A DNA stretch of 64,000 bases from an uncultured Flavobacteriales bacterium (lineage in GTDB: Bacteria > Bacteroidota > Bacteroidia > Flavobacteriales_D > CAJJDF01). The stretch lies in the NCBI GenBank assembly GCA_905182785.1, contig CAJJDF010000024.1, positions 3,954 through 67,953 of the forward strand, in the 5' to 3' direction. The translations under genes and the position numbers were made by a program. Under the pieces are notes generated by a model, which saw only the letters and a list, made by a program, of their open reading frames with translations, had not been told where the DNA came from and searched no databases. Positions 18,437 through 30,100 of the stretch are shown here, in pieces; within the stretch, counting starts at the first letter, position 1, and each line of letters starts with the position of its first letter.

Positions 18437-19717
18437 TTAAACCACTCTTGGGTTTCTTAAGTCATTAAAATACTGATTCAACAGATTTTCAGAAAAATAG
18501 GGATAGTTTAATTGTGTCGCCAAACTTAAATAACGAGCTTTATAGATAGATTTTAACTCCAATGAATCCGTTTCTGAATAGTTGAAAATGAGCACGATTA
18601 AATTAATGAACTCTTCATAGTTAGCTCGTTTTTCTTTGGGTTTATAATGCTCAGAAAACAGCTTCTTTTCAGGCTCTTTATTTATTAATTTATAGTAGAA
18701 CATGCACATCAAATAATAGATATTTATATGCTGCTTTTGGTAGTAAAATTTAGGTTTTATATTCGGAGATATTTCATTAACAAGATAGCCCATTAGCTTA
18801 ATATTACCGGTTATAATAGCAATAATAGTCAGCTCATAGGACAATTCCAGCTGGAAGGTGTTTTTCTTATCGTTAGATTGAAAGTATGGGGCTAATAATA
18901 ATTCTATTGTCTCGTAATTATTCGCCAATATTTTAATCGATAATATTCTTCCCAAAAGAATTGGATGAAGGTCATGAAGTGTTGGAGAATATTCAACCCT
19001 ATCGTTTACATTTTTAAGGAGTAAAAAGTTTTTAAGTTGAGTAATCGCTTCACAGAAATAGGTTATATCGGTGAGTTTAGTTGTTTTTGATATGCTGGAA
19101 GTCCAATTCCCATAATAGCCCGTTAAACTTGAGTAATCTACAAAAGTTAGGTACACACATTTTAGAAAATTAGTGTTTGTTAATAAGATAATTTCAGAAT
19201 CTAGTTTTTGAACCCTTAGTAATAAGCCAATAGAGTTTCCTAATAATAAAACTTCTGAATAAGTGAAGTTTTCATAATTTAACTCTTTTAAATTGAATAA
19301 TTTATTGAGTAAATCATATCGTTTTAAATGAAATAATTCTCTGGATAATATGATAATTAAATTAATAAAGTCATCCGAAGAGTTATAAATAGATTTTACT
19401 AAAATAACCATTTCATCCTCTTTAGGGTTATTAACGATCTCAAATAAAAGAGTAAAAAAATTACTCTTTTCTTTTAAAAAAAAATTTTGAGTAAAATGCA
19501 CATAACTTTTATAGCCCAGGTATTCTGATAAAATATTTAACGTATTACTATTTGGCTTTGTTTCTTTAGAAACTACAAACATTCTACTTAAAGTATTATA
19601 ACTAATACTCTTATCTATTGTTTCTAAGATTATATTTGATAACAATTCACAATCTCCTCGGCTTTTAATTTTAAAGCCAATTTTAGTTTGAATTTCAGAT
19701 TTTAGTGGAAAAGTCAT
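18437..19717 (-). CDS. hypothetical protein with an HTH-like N-terminal segment and an all-alpha-looking body
   Basis: 426-aa ORF with no competing frame. N-terminal ...ISYNTLSRMF...PNSNTLNILSEYLGYKSYVHF resembles a short DNA-binding module seen at the start of many Bacteroidota orphan proteins. Extremely AT-rich: hand counts of two 60-nt lines gave about 18-23% G+C. Confidence 0.45.
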   Translation of the reverse strand: MTFPLKSEIQTKIGFKIKSRGDCELLSNIILETIDKSISYNTLSRMFVVSKETKPNSNTLNILSEYLGYKSYVHFTQNFFLKEKSNFFTLLFEIVNNPKEDEMVILVKSIYNSSDDFINLIIILSRELFHLKRYDLLNKLFNLKELNYENFTYSEVLLLGNSIGLLLRVQKLDSEIILLTNTNFLKCVYLTFVDYSSLTGYYGNWTSSISKTTKLTDITYFCEAITQLKNFLLLKNVNDRVEYSPTLHDLHPILLGRILSIKILANNYETIELLLAPYFQSNDKKNTFQLELSYELTIIAIITGNIKLMGYLVNEISPNIKPKFYYQKQHINIYYLMCMFYYKLINKEPEKKLFSEHYKPKEKRANYEEFINLIVLIFNYSETDSLELKSIYKARYLSLATQLNYPYFSENLLNQYFNDLRNPRVV

Positions 19718-19820
19718 TTTTGTATCATTTTTGTATCAAATGTAAGGATTAATTTTAATAGTTTTCAAAAATAATGTGAGTCATAGCCCTATTTAAATTA
19801 TGAAACAAAAAAAATAATAA

Positions 19821-20000
19821 CTTGCCTTATGTCTATAGCAACTAAATCTACTGGAACTCCCACATTAAGGGCATCAGTAACTTGAATAATGGCTTCGTTT
19901 GCTTTGGTCAATGCTTCGTAATAAAGAACATTTGTAATAACAATTTGTTGCTCTTAGAATTGCCAATTTCAAAATTAAACACAGCTTAATTTTGAAAAAC
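19821..20000 (-). pseudogene. decayed fragment of a second mnmE (3'-proximal region, no start, frameshifted, lacks the last 29 codons)
   Basis: Collinear, same-orientation similarity to 32849..~33040 inside the intact mnmE. The fragment translates to QQIVITNVLYYEALTKANEAIIQVTDALNVGVPVDLVAIDIRQ, versus QQVVVTNVRHFEALTNANEAIVQVTNALNIGIPGDLVAIDIRQ in mnmE. There is an in-frame TAA and a 10-nt deletion just upstream of this block. Confidence 0.75.
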
Positions 20001-20012
20001 TTTTCTTCTCCA

Positions 20013-23000
20013 TTATCGCACGATAATGATTTTTTTTCTCACTGAAAAAGATTTACTATTTAGAACTAAAGTGTAAGAACCACTTTCAAAGGAATTAACA
20101 GGTATTTTTATATTTTCATCTGTGGGCATTTCCTTTTTGAAATAAACCAATCGCCCTATTTCATCAATTATCGTTATAGAAATGTCTCCTTTAATTTCTT
20201 GTTTCAGAACCTCAACAGTAAGTATCTCATTTACTGGATTAGGATAAACTTTAACTTCAAAAGCATCTTTTGAAACATTCTCTAATTTAACTGAATTGAT
20301 AGAAAAACAAGCTGTTGTATCTAAACAACCTTCAGGTGTAGTTATAATACAAGCATAATTCCCATTAATGATAGGAGTAAAACTTTGGTTTGTATCCTTA
20401 GGATGGAAAGAATAATTACTGTCACAATTAACCCATTTATAAAGCACACCTGTTGATGCTATAGTCAAAGTGGCCCCAATTGTTGTAACTGCACCTGCAG
20501 TTGGAACAATATAAATAGTGCTTGTTTTAGTTAATGAATCTATACCAAAAGAATTGGTAGCCAATAAATTTACAGTGTAAAGTCCAGAATTCAGAAAATT
20601 TACTTGGGGTTGAAAAGAGCTACTATCTGTACTGTTTTGGTAGCTAAAAGCAGCAGGGCTAACACTCCAATTATAAGAAGTGGCATACTTCGTATTATTA
20701 TTAAAAATAGCAGCTTGATTTGCACAAAGTATTGTATCGTTTGTATTAAAAGAAACTAAAGGAAAACGATTTATGGAAATATCATCTATTGCTAAATCTC
20801 CACTAAATCCATTGCCCGTTTTACCTCTGAATCTTACAACAATTTTTTGTCCTGTAAAAGGAGAAAGGTCAACTGTTTTTTCAATCCATAAATTACCTTG
20901 GTCTCCAATTATTGAGGAAGAAACATCATTAATCCATTTCCCATTTGATAAAACATCAACATGTAAACTTCCTATTGTAGAACCATACATGTGATACCAA
21001 AATTTAAGGGTAGCAAAAGAAGAACTTGTTAAATCGATACAAGGGGAATTTACTAATGCATCTTTGTTTGGACAAGGTGTTGAAGTTTCAAGGTAAAGAT
21101 ATTTTCCAGTTCCAGAAGTATGGTCAGAAGGTGGACCAGTGTTTGCTGTAGCAGTTCCGCTATGATCCGTTCTCCAATCTATACTATCTCCAATTAATGA
21201 AGGTGTATTTGGTACGTTATACCATCCGTCCATAAGGCTACAAGAAATACCTGAACAACCCCAAGCAGTAGAACAATCAGTAAATGAATCGAAATTTTGA
21301 TCGTATGGAAGGCTAACTGTTGAACAGGAATAAGAAACCAGAACCAACAAGGCACTATCGTTAGAACTTAAGACATCACTTGGTTTCTCAGACCAAACCT
21401 TGATACTATCAACTCCAAGGCTAAGTGAAATACTATCATTAAAAGTGTGTACTAGAACATTCCCAATTGGTATACTTCCAAATAGGGTATCTGCATATAT
21501 AAGCCCATTATTTTGTTGAAACTTAACTATGAGACTATCCATAGCTTTTGTTCCGGTATTCCTTAAATTTATTTTAATAGGGAACTTTCCTTCATAAACA
21601 CAATAAGGAATATGACTGCTAGCCATTACAGTTTCAATAGCAACATCTTCTCCAATACAGTTGAAATCAGTTAAAGGGATTTCAATAGCTATTACTCTTC
21701 TACTTATTGCTCCTTTAGGACCATAAGCTTGAACGCTTAACCAGTCTGTTTGTGAAGAACTCAAACCTGTGATCAATACAAAATTATTGTTTGTAATAGT
21801 CAAAGAGTCCATGTATTTATTTCCAAGTTTTGATATTTTATAGTAAGATGCTGAATCCATATTGTCCCATTGAAACAAGGCCGAATCGGCACACCTCCAA
21901 AGCATAGAGAAGTTTTGAACTAAAGGCATAATATTAAAGGCTTCTATACTATTGCTAATTATAGAACCTCTATTTAATTTAACTATAACTTTTCCGCTTA
22001 TTACATTGGGTACAGTCCAAGCATATCCTCTTACTGTATCATTTATACCAGTAGCTATGGATATCCAATTAGCTCCACTATCTACAGAATATTTTAAATC
22101 AAAACTACCTGGAGTACCATAAGAATCCCACTGAATGTATTCTGTTTCCCCAGGGACAAAATGCTCTCTCCCTAAAGGATATGTTAATAATACTTCTTCG
22201 TATAAAAATTCATAAGTAAGGAAATATTTTTGAGGTCCTTGAGGTATTAAAGTTCCGTTTATTGATATTGAATAATTTCCAGCTATTGGGTTTGATATTG
22301 TAACTTGCTCCACGTTATTTAAATTATCTAATGCTCGTATAGCAGGCTTTCTCAGACTATCCAAATGTGGTGCTGGATTAAGAACCCAGGGAAAATAAGT
22401 TGTATTTCCAGGACTGATTACTGTCATATCCAAATTATTCACCAATGCTTTTACTGGTATTGAGGTAGAAGCCGGATAATCTGCCCAATGAACCAAAACA
22501 CGTAATTCTTTTACATTGGTCGGGACTGTAATAGAATGACTCTTGTTTGTTCCATTTGCTATACTTGCTTCAATAAATCTATTTTCTTGAAAAACTGAAA
22601 ATGCACGTCTAACATTAACTCTACCAAATCCTGTACGGAAATCTGGACCTGGATTTTCCATGTCATCACAAGTATTTAAAAGAACCGTTTTTATCAAAGA
22701 TAAATGAGGTGTACTTCCTCCATTCACTGATTTATAACTATGAACCAATTGTCCTACGACACCAGATATTTTAGGTGCTGCATGAGATGTTCCTCCACCT
22801 CCTTCTATCATTAAATCAGGTTTTATTCTTCCATCATAGGCTGGTCCTTTTGAACTAAAACCAGATCTTTTATCCAGATTATTACAGGAACCAACAGCAA
22901 ATGTATTTTTAGCTTGTTTTACCCCTCCAGTTAAATTTGCATACCCACTAATTCCAACATATGGACCGTAAGTACTAGCATTATTACTTTGATTCCCAGC

Positions 23001-24047
23001 TGACCAACTGTGTAAAGGTCCAATACTGTCTCTTATATCTTGATCCCTAACAGTACCAGCCGACCAAGCACTCATCCCTATCCCGTAACCATAAGAATGA
23101 TTAACTGAGACAAGACCAACAGTAGAAAAATAAGTGTTATTAGAATTATTATTGTTTAGAGACAAAACATTTGCTCCAGAAGCAATTCCCTCATTAATTG
23201 GATTTAAATTTCCAGCACCAGCCATTCTATAAATTACTCCTCTCTTATGTCCCGAAATAGTCCCTGAACCATATTCAGTAAGCCTCCCTTCTATTTCAAT
23301 TCTATTGTCACTGGTGTCATAAATCCCTCCTTCTTCAACTGCTACAGTTGTTCCTGCTCCATCAATATTTAAATTATTAACCGGATTATTTAACCAGTTT
23401 GTTCTTCCTGTTGTGTTAAAGATTGTTCCCTCCAAACTTGGTGTTGGATTAATTGATTCAATAAATTTTATTTCCTGGACAGCTAATAACTCTTCTATTT
23501 TTAAAATTGGGATTTGCACTTCGAAATTATGTTCTTGTAAAGAGTAATTCAAAATTTTTCCAATTTTTGAAATCTTTTCTCTGGCCTTACTATTATCTCC
23601 CAAAAAGATTGCTAGCACTTTTATTTCGTCTCCAAAAAGAATATGATTAGGATATTGTTTTTTATATAACTCTGGACTTAGCTTAAAACGATTATCTAGG
23701 TTAAATACAGCACGAACCTTTATAGTATTGAAAACATCTAAATTTCTGTTTTTTGCAAAAGTAGCTATGTAGGCATAATTCGGAATGTAATCGTCCAGTT
23801 CTATCCCAGCTTTTTTAAGTTCTAGTCTTTCTTTAGCTGTTGGTATATCATAGAATTGAATAATCTTACAAGAAAACTCTGTTTGAGTAGATAGTTCAGA
23901 AATTAAAGTCTGATGATTTTCTTGAGGGAGAAAACTTTCATTTAATAACTGAATAGTGTAGTTTTTGTTTTGAGAAAATGAGACAGTTATTGCCAAAAAA
24001 AAGAGACAAAAAATACCTAGTCTTCTGATTTTCAATAATAAATTCAT
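20013..24047 (-). CDS. secreted S8 (subtilisin-like) peptidase homologue with a MAM domain and T9SS C-terminal sorting domain
   Basis: 1344 aa with a signal peptide. GTSHAAPKISG serine box (Ser codon 22787..22785), SAGN oxyanion box and a GH box. MAM domain (GPPSDHTSGTGKYLYLETS...LKFWYHMYGSTIGSLHV...GDLAIDDISI, about 20720..21230). C-terminal VYPNPVNEILTVEV...GSYTLVL is the CTD. Confidence 0.8.
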   Translation of the reverse strand: MNLLLKIRRLGIFCLFFLAITVSFSQNKNYTIQLLNESFLPQENHQTLISELSTQTEFSCKIIQFYDIPTAKERLELKKAGIELDDYIPNYAYIATFAKNRNLDVFNTIKVRAVFNLDNRFKLSPELYKKQYPNHILFGDEIKVLAIFLGDNSKAREKISKIGKILNYSLQEHNFEVQIPILKIEELLAVQEIKFIESINPTPSLEGTIFNTTGRTNWLNNPVNNLNIDGAGTTVAVEEGGIYDTSDNRIEIEGRLTEYGSGTISGHKRGVIYRMAGAGNLNPINEGIASGANVLSLNNNNSNNTYFSTVGLVSVNHSYGYGIGMSAWSAGTVRDQDIRDSIGPLHSWSAGNQSNNASTYGPYVGISGYANLTGGVKQAKNTFAVGSCNNLDKRSGFSSKGPAYDGRIKPDLMIEGGGGTSHAAPKISGVVGQLVHSYKSVNGGSTPHLSLIKTVLLNTCDDMENPGPDFRTGFGRVNVRRAFSVFQENRFIEASIANGTNKSHSITVPTNVKELRVLVHWADYPASTSIPVKALVNNLDMTVISPGNTTYFPWVLNPAPHLDSLRKPAIRALDNLNNVEQVTISNPIAGNYSISINGTLIPQGPQKYFLTYEFLYEEVLLTYPLGREHFVPGETEYIQWDSYGTPGSFDLKYSVDSGANWISIATGINDTVRGYAWTVPNVISGKVIVKLNRGSIISNSIEAFNIMPLVQNFSMLWRCADSALFQWDNMDSASYYKISKLGNKYMDSLTITNNNFVLITGLSSSQTDWLSVQAYGPKGAISRRVIAIEIPLTDFNCIGEDVAIETVMASSHIPYCVYEGKFPIKINLRNTGTKAMDSLIVKFQQNNGLIYADTLFGSIPIGNVLVHTFNDSISLSLGVDSIKVWSEKPSDVLSSNDSALLVLVSYSCSTVSLPYDQNFDSFTDCSTAWGCSGISCSLMDGWYNVPNTPSLIGDSIDWRTDHSGTATANTGPPSDHTSGTGKYLYLETSTPCPNKDALVNSPCIDLTSSSFATLKFWYHMYGSTIGSLHVDVLSNGKWINDVSSSIIGDQGNLWIEKTVDLSPFTGQKIVVRFRGKTGNGFSGDLAIDDISINRFPLVSFNTNDTILCANQAAIFNNNTKYATSYNWSVSPAAFSYQNSTDSSSFQPQVNFLNSGLYTVNLLATNSFGIDSLTKTSTIYIVPTAGAVTTIGATLTIASTGVLYKWVNCDSNYSFHPKDTNQSFTPIINGNYACIITTPEGCLDTTACFSINSVKLENVSKDAFEVKVYPNPVNEILTVEVLKQEIKGDISITIIDEIGRLVYFKKEMPTDENIKIPVNSFESGSYTLVLNSKSFSVRKKIIIVR

Positions 24048-24187
24048 TGCTTCTTATTTTAATTATCGATTGTTAATGTATTGATTTGCTATAAATATAT
24101 TCTTGTGAAGATAACTTTTTTTTTAACAAAAAAATAAAAGGGAAAATTATGTTAGCTTCGTTAAGAAGCCATTAAAACAATTCAATT

Positions 24188-27100
24188 ATGTTAAGAAAAT
24201 TTATTGCTGTATTTAGTCTTTTTAAATCTTCTTATTTTTTCTTTTTAATTGTTGTTGCTTTCAATTTTAATACACAGGCACAAATTTTCCCCTACAATGA
24301 TGGTTTAGAGCACAAAAGTCTATATCAAGGTGTCCCAAATATGGGGGTTGGGACAGTTGGAGGAAGCGGGAGTGGATTGCAAGGTTTAACCCTAAAATGG
24401 GAACCAACTTTATCCTCATTTTATGATAATGGAAGTATTATTGCACCTTCCCTAGAGTTTCTTGCTAAGGGATGGATGAATAAAATTGATGGGAGTAAAA
24501 AATTAAACGAAATTTCTATACCAGGTACTTACGAATCATGCGCTTATAATTTAATAGGTGGTGGCCCAGGTGGTACTTTTGATAGAACGAAACAGTCTCA
24601 AGGGATGGATATTTTTCATCAATTAAAAGCAGGAATAAGATATCTTGATGTTTATGTAAGTTATAACTTTTTGAATCCTACTTCAAAATGGACACTTACC
24701 ACTGATAACAATCATTATTTAGGGATGAATTTTGACACAGTTTTGACTCAAATAAATAATTTCATGTCTATACCGGGAAATGAAAATGAAACCATCATCA
24801 TTCATCTTGAAGCAAGAGGAATTAAAACTAATTTTAGCACTAGCCTGTCAAGTTATATAGCAAGTGAAAATACAACTGTTGGCTATGCTAGGATGATAAA
24901 TCCTAAATACACCCAAATACCAACCATTGGTTCATTAAGAGGTAAGATATATGTAATCGATAATGAAAATGGTGATGACGCAAGTGTTGGTTTAGTTCGT
25001 ACTGAAACAAATACAGTCGGAGGAAGATCTACTAGCGCTTTTACAGGCATAGGGGCTGATGCAAAAAATCTTATAACTTCAGCTAAAACTAGTAGCTCTT
25101 GGGTAGTTAATGATATTGCTGGAAGACCTCTTTTTAAAGATAAAGCAGCATATGAAAAAGCTTATGTCAACAAACCTGTATTTGAAGAACTTAACAATGT
25201 TCAACAAAAAAATAGTGCCGGGACTATTGTAATGGCTTTTCCTGGACAAGGACTGATTTATAGAATAATAAAAACAAACTTTTTTTATATAAGGCGTGTA
25301 GATATAAATTTCCAATTTGATTGTTATCACAGTGGTCTTAGTTCCTCATCTACAGGATATGTTTACGTTAGATATTATAGAGGAAGTACTCTAGCTGCTT
25401 GGGATCATTTAGTGCCAGATTGTGATGGTTATTCTGATGGTTATTCTCATGTTGACGTAAGAGTTCCTGGAGATGGTCAAATTCCTGTTACTCACATTGA
25501 AGTAGAATCTGCTAATTATAGTAAGTTTTTTATGGATGAATTATACTTAAATGAGACAAAATTTGGAGATAATCAATGGGATCCGGAAAGAGGATGTGAT
25601 GATTGCGAAGCTGACAAAATTCTTAGACAATGGGGGATAGATGGAGGGGGTACTTGGGATATTTCTCTAGACCCTGCTAAGGGAGTCGCTTGCGTAAGAT
25701 TTGAAGTCCCAAATGGTCTTGCCTATAATTGTTCGACACCAACAAGTCTTTCCACATTATATGATTGTAATATTACAAGTGTAAGCCATACCGACCCTAT
25801 TTGTGCTGGTGATTCAACTGGTCAAGCAGCAGTTTCCGGTTTTCAATCAAATTCCCCTCCCTTTTATTATTCTTGGTCAAATGGAAGTAATAGTGCTTCT
25901 GTAAATAATTTACCAAGGGGAAAACACACTGTTATTGTTAATGATAATTCAGGATGTTATAAAGATACTACTATCGAAATTGTAGATCCTCCTGTTGAAA
26001 ATTTTACAGAAATTTCTAATTCTAGCAGATATCTTTGTTTGGGTGAGAGTATGGATCTTTGGGCTAAAGGAAATGGGACGGTTCTTTGGTATACTTCACC
26101 AACTGGCGGCTCTCCTATTGCTACCACAAACTCAGGAGGGATCTTTACTGTTACACCAACAATTGCGGGTATAACTACATATTATGCAGAACTTTTGACT
26201 CCGTTAGGTTGTGTTTCATCAAGTAAAATAAATAGGCAAGATTTTCGCATAACAGTTAATCCATTACCTGACGCACCCATAAATATTTCCGCTATTCCAT
26301 CTGTAGTTTGTCATCATGAAGGATTTCCATTATTACAAGCTACAGATCCAGATAATTCTTCGAGAATACTATGGTACACTCAACCAACAGGAGGGACACC
26401 ATTTCGTAATACAATTCCAGGTGGAAATATCCAAGTTTCCCCTACAATTGCTGGAATAAATAATTATTATGCAGAGACAGTTTCTTCTTTTAGTTGTATA
26501 AGTGCAGCTAGAACACCTGTAAGTGTTCTAGTTCATCCACAACCAGCTAATCCAATTTTAACCGCTACACCCAATTCAATTTGCCCTGGAGATAGTATAA
26601 TTTTTAATGGAACTGGAGGTTCAACTATAGAATGGTTCGGGAATGGAATAGATAGTACGACTATATCAGGTAGTAACTATAAAAATGCTCCTACAACAAT
26701 TTTTGGCTCAACTAAATTTCGTGCTCAAGCTATCTCAAATTTTGGCTGTACAAGTGAATTATCTGATGTTTCTGTATATGGTAAATGGATTACAGAAGTA
26801 GATCAAACTTTAGCTCTTCCTTCCAATATTTGTCTTTTAGGTACCTCTACCGATCTATATGTAAATGGTTATACAGGAGCTACTGTAAATTGGTATACAG
26901 ACTCTCTAGCCGGTAGCTTAGTAGGTAGTGCAATAAAACCATCAAATTACACTGCAACTCCAACTAATACAGGAGTAACTAAGTACTATGCTGAATTAAT
27001 ATATAACGGATGTGTAAGCACAAAAAGAGCCCCTGTATCTGTAGAAGTTAACGCTACTTTTGCTGCTACAAATGTTACTGCAAGTCCATCACAAGGATGT

Positions 27101-30100
27101 ATTGGTGATTCAATTAAACTAAATGCAATAGGTGGTGCTACAATTTTTTGGTATGATGAATCTATGACTTTAAAAGGCTCTTCCGCTTCTGGAGAAGACT
27201 GGGTAGTTTTTAAGTTTTCCCCTGGTACATATAAATATTATGCTGAAGCTAGAACTAGTACTTTTTGTCAAAGTTCAACTAAAACTGAGGTGATATTTAC
27301 TATAAATCCTACTCCAGCTATGGTGCCAGATGTAACATCTCCAACATCTTTATATGCATGTCCTGGTGACACACATGTGTTTAATATTACTACTACAGAT
27401 GGAGCTGGTATTAACTGGTATTCTTCAATAAATGGTGGCGTGTTACTTGGAAGTAGAGCAAGTGGCGGTACTTATAAAGCTGATTCTATAGAAGAAGGGA
27501 CAAATTATTATTATGCGGAAGCAGTATCTAGTTTCGGATGTGTGAATATTAATAGAACACCCGAATTAATTATTGGTCGTCCTCAACCTGGAGCTCCAAT
27601 TTTAACTTCCACACCATCTATACTATGTGAAGGAGAAAGCAGTAATTTAGTATCAACATTTTCAGGATCTGGTACAGATGCTAATTGGTACTCAGATTCA
27701 CTTGCTACCAACTTAATTGGAAATATAGGTTCGCATTTAAATTTTCCCGTATCCCCATTAATCTCTGGAAATAACACTTATTACGCTAAAGGAGTTTCTT
27801 TTCATGGTTGCATAGGGGATTCTATTTCTGCAGTAACTGTTGCTTTGAATCCAAAGCCTATTATATCTAATGCTTCTGTAGTTTCAACTAAATTATGTGA
27901 AGGAGGAAATATTGATTTAGTAGCTAACTTATCAGCCAATGAGTTTGATGGTTTTTATGCTCCTGCTAATTGGAGTCATTCTACTATTTCTGGAAGTACA
28001 CTTGATACTTCAAATGCTCCAAATTCTATTTCTTTTACCTCTGGAAATAATATTGGAAACACTGATTTAGATAAAGGGATTTTATCTTCTACTCAAAACA
28101 TTATTATTTCATTCGATTGGGCTTATTCAGCAACTTTAAGTCCTGACATTCCTCAATTTGTAATTGATGGTATTGCTTCAAACCTACCTAAATTTGTTGT
28201 TAATGGCGGTTCTATTCAAACCGGGACAGATACTATTATTGTCCCAGTTGGAAAGTCATTTTCTTTAAGTATAAATAGTCAATTTACAAATGGAGGAACT
28301 ACCATTTCATACACAAATTTTAAAGCTTCTCAGGAGTTATCCAATGTTATTGTAAACTGGTATGATATGCCTACTGGGGGAACTTTATTAGGTAGTTCAA
28401 TGCCTGATTCTATTTTTTCTTATACTCCATCTACAACTGGTTTAATAAATTTTTATGCTGAAGCCGTCTCTCCATCAGGTTGTTTGAGCCCTTCAAGGGC
28501 TTTAGTTTCTGCTACAATAAATCTTAATCCAACATTAATTAGTGCTCTGCCAAATAAAGATTCTGTTTGCCTTTATGATAGTAGTAAACTTGTAATTACT
28601 GCTACAAACAGTAATTTAATCAACTGGTATGTTTCTGATAGTGGTGGTGTTTCTATCGGTAATACTCTTCCAGGTTCAAATTTCACAATCTTCCAAGATT
28701 CTATTGGAATAAAAAATTATTTTGCAGAAATTATTTCAGCTGCAGGTTGTTTTGATACATTAAGAACTCCTGTTAATGTATTTGTTAAATCATTGCCTGC
28801 AAACCCTGCTGATGCAATAGCTAACCCATCTATCATTTGCTATGGAGATAGTATTTCTTTAAGTGGATCTGGTAATATCAAATGGTATTTGGCTAACTCA
28901 AATTTAGATTTAATTGATAGCACCACCAATGGTGCAAATTTAAAGATAAAGCCTGATAGTGCTGGCAATAATTATTATTATGCAGTAGCTATTTCGGACT
29001 TTGGTTGTATAAATCCTAATGGAAAAGCAATATTAGTAGTTACTACTCCTTTGCCAAATGCACCTACTAACGTCACTATAAATTCTCCTGTTTGTTTGAA
29101 TGATACAATAACAATGAGTTCTTTGAGTAAAGTAAATTGGTATAATGATTCAACCGGAGGAATAAGTATTGGGAGAACTAATGTTGACACAAATATTGCT
29201 ATTGTTCCTTCACAGCCTGGAACTTACTCTTTTTATGCAGAGGCAGAAAATGAAAATGGGTGTATTTCTTTAGCTAGAACAAAAGTTACAGCTCAAGTTA
29301 ATCAATCTTATTCAACAACAAATGGGGCTTCTACTCCTTCTATTATTTGCCTAGGTGATAGTTCTCTTCTAAATACAACACTAACAAAAGATGATTTTAT
29401 TGGGTTTTATTCTCCAAACAAATGGCAAACTTGGGGAACAAATGTGGATACTACTGGATCTCCATCATTTATTACTCTTAGTACATTAGGACAAACTTCA
29501 GATCCTGAATTTAATAGAGGATTACTAAGTATGACCCATTCTACAACCATCACATTTAATTGGAATTGGACTCGAACTTCTGGAACAAATTCGCCTCAAG
29601 TTTGGGTTAATAGTTTAGGATATCCAGTCCCAGGATTCAGTTATTCCAGTTCTCTAACTCAACAAAATGGAACAGCAACTATAATAGTGCCAGCAGGTCA
29701 TACTTTTGGATTTAGAATTAGAAATTTAATCTCAACCAATAGCTCTTTTAGTATCTCAAATTTCAAAAGTTCGATTTCTGGTGTTTCTGGTAGCATTAAT
29801 TGGTATACAGATTCAATTGGTGGTTCTAGCATTGGAAATTCACAAATTGGAGAAAACTTTTCTACTACTCCTTTACAATCAGGATTAAACACTTATTATT
29901 CTGATGTAAATGTAAATGGATGTATTAGCGATAAAAGATCAATGAACACTTTAAATGTAAAAGCTTTACCTACAGCTCCAACTAGTGTTTTAGGATCACC
30001 TAGCAATATATGTATGGGGCAAAATACTAACTTAAGTGCAACAGGAGGAACAATTAATTGGTATACAGATTCAATTGGTGGTTCTAGCATTGGGAGTTCA

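Noticed and set aside
24149-24175. Mini-ORF MLASLRSH upstream of the giant gene, considered as a possible leader peptide
   Set aside because: It has only 8 codons. There is no recognisable attenuator structure or conservation evidence available, so it is indistinguishable from chance in AT-rich DNA.
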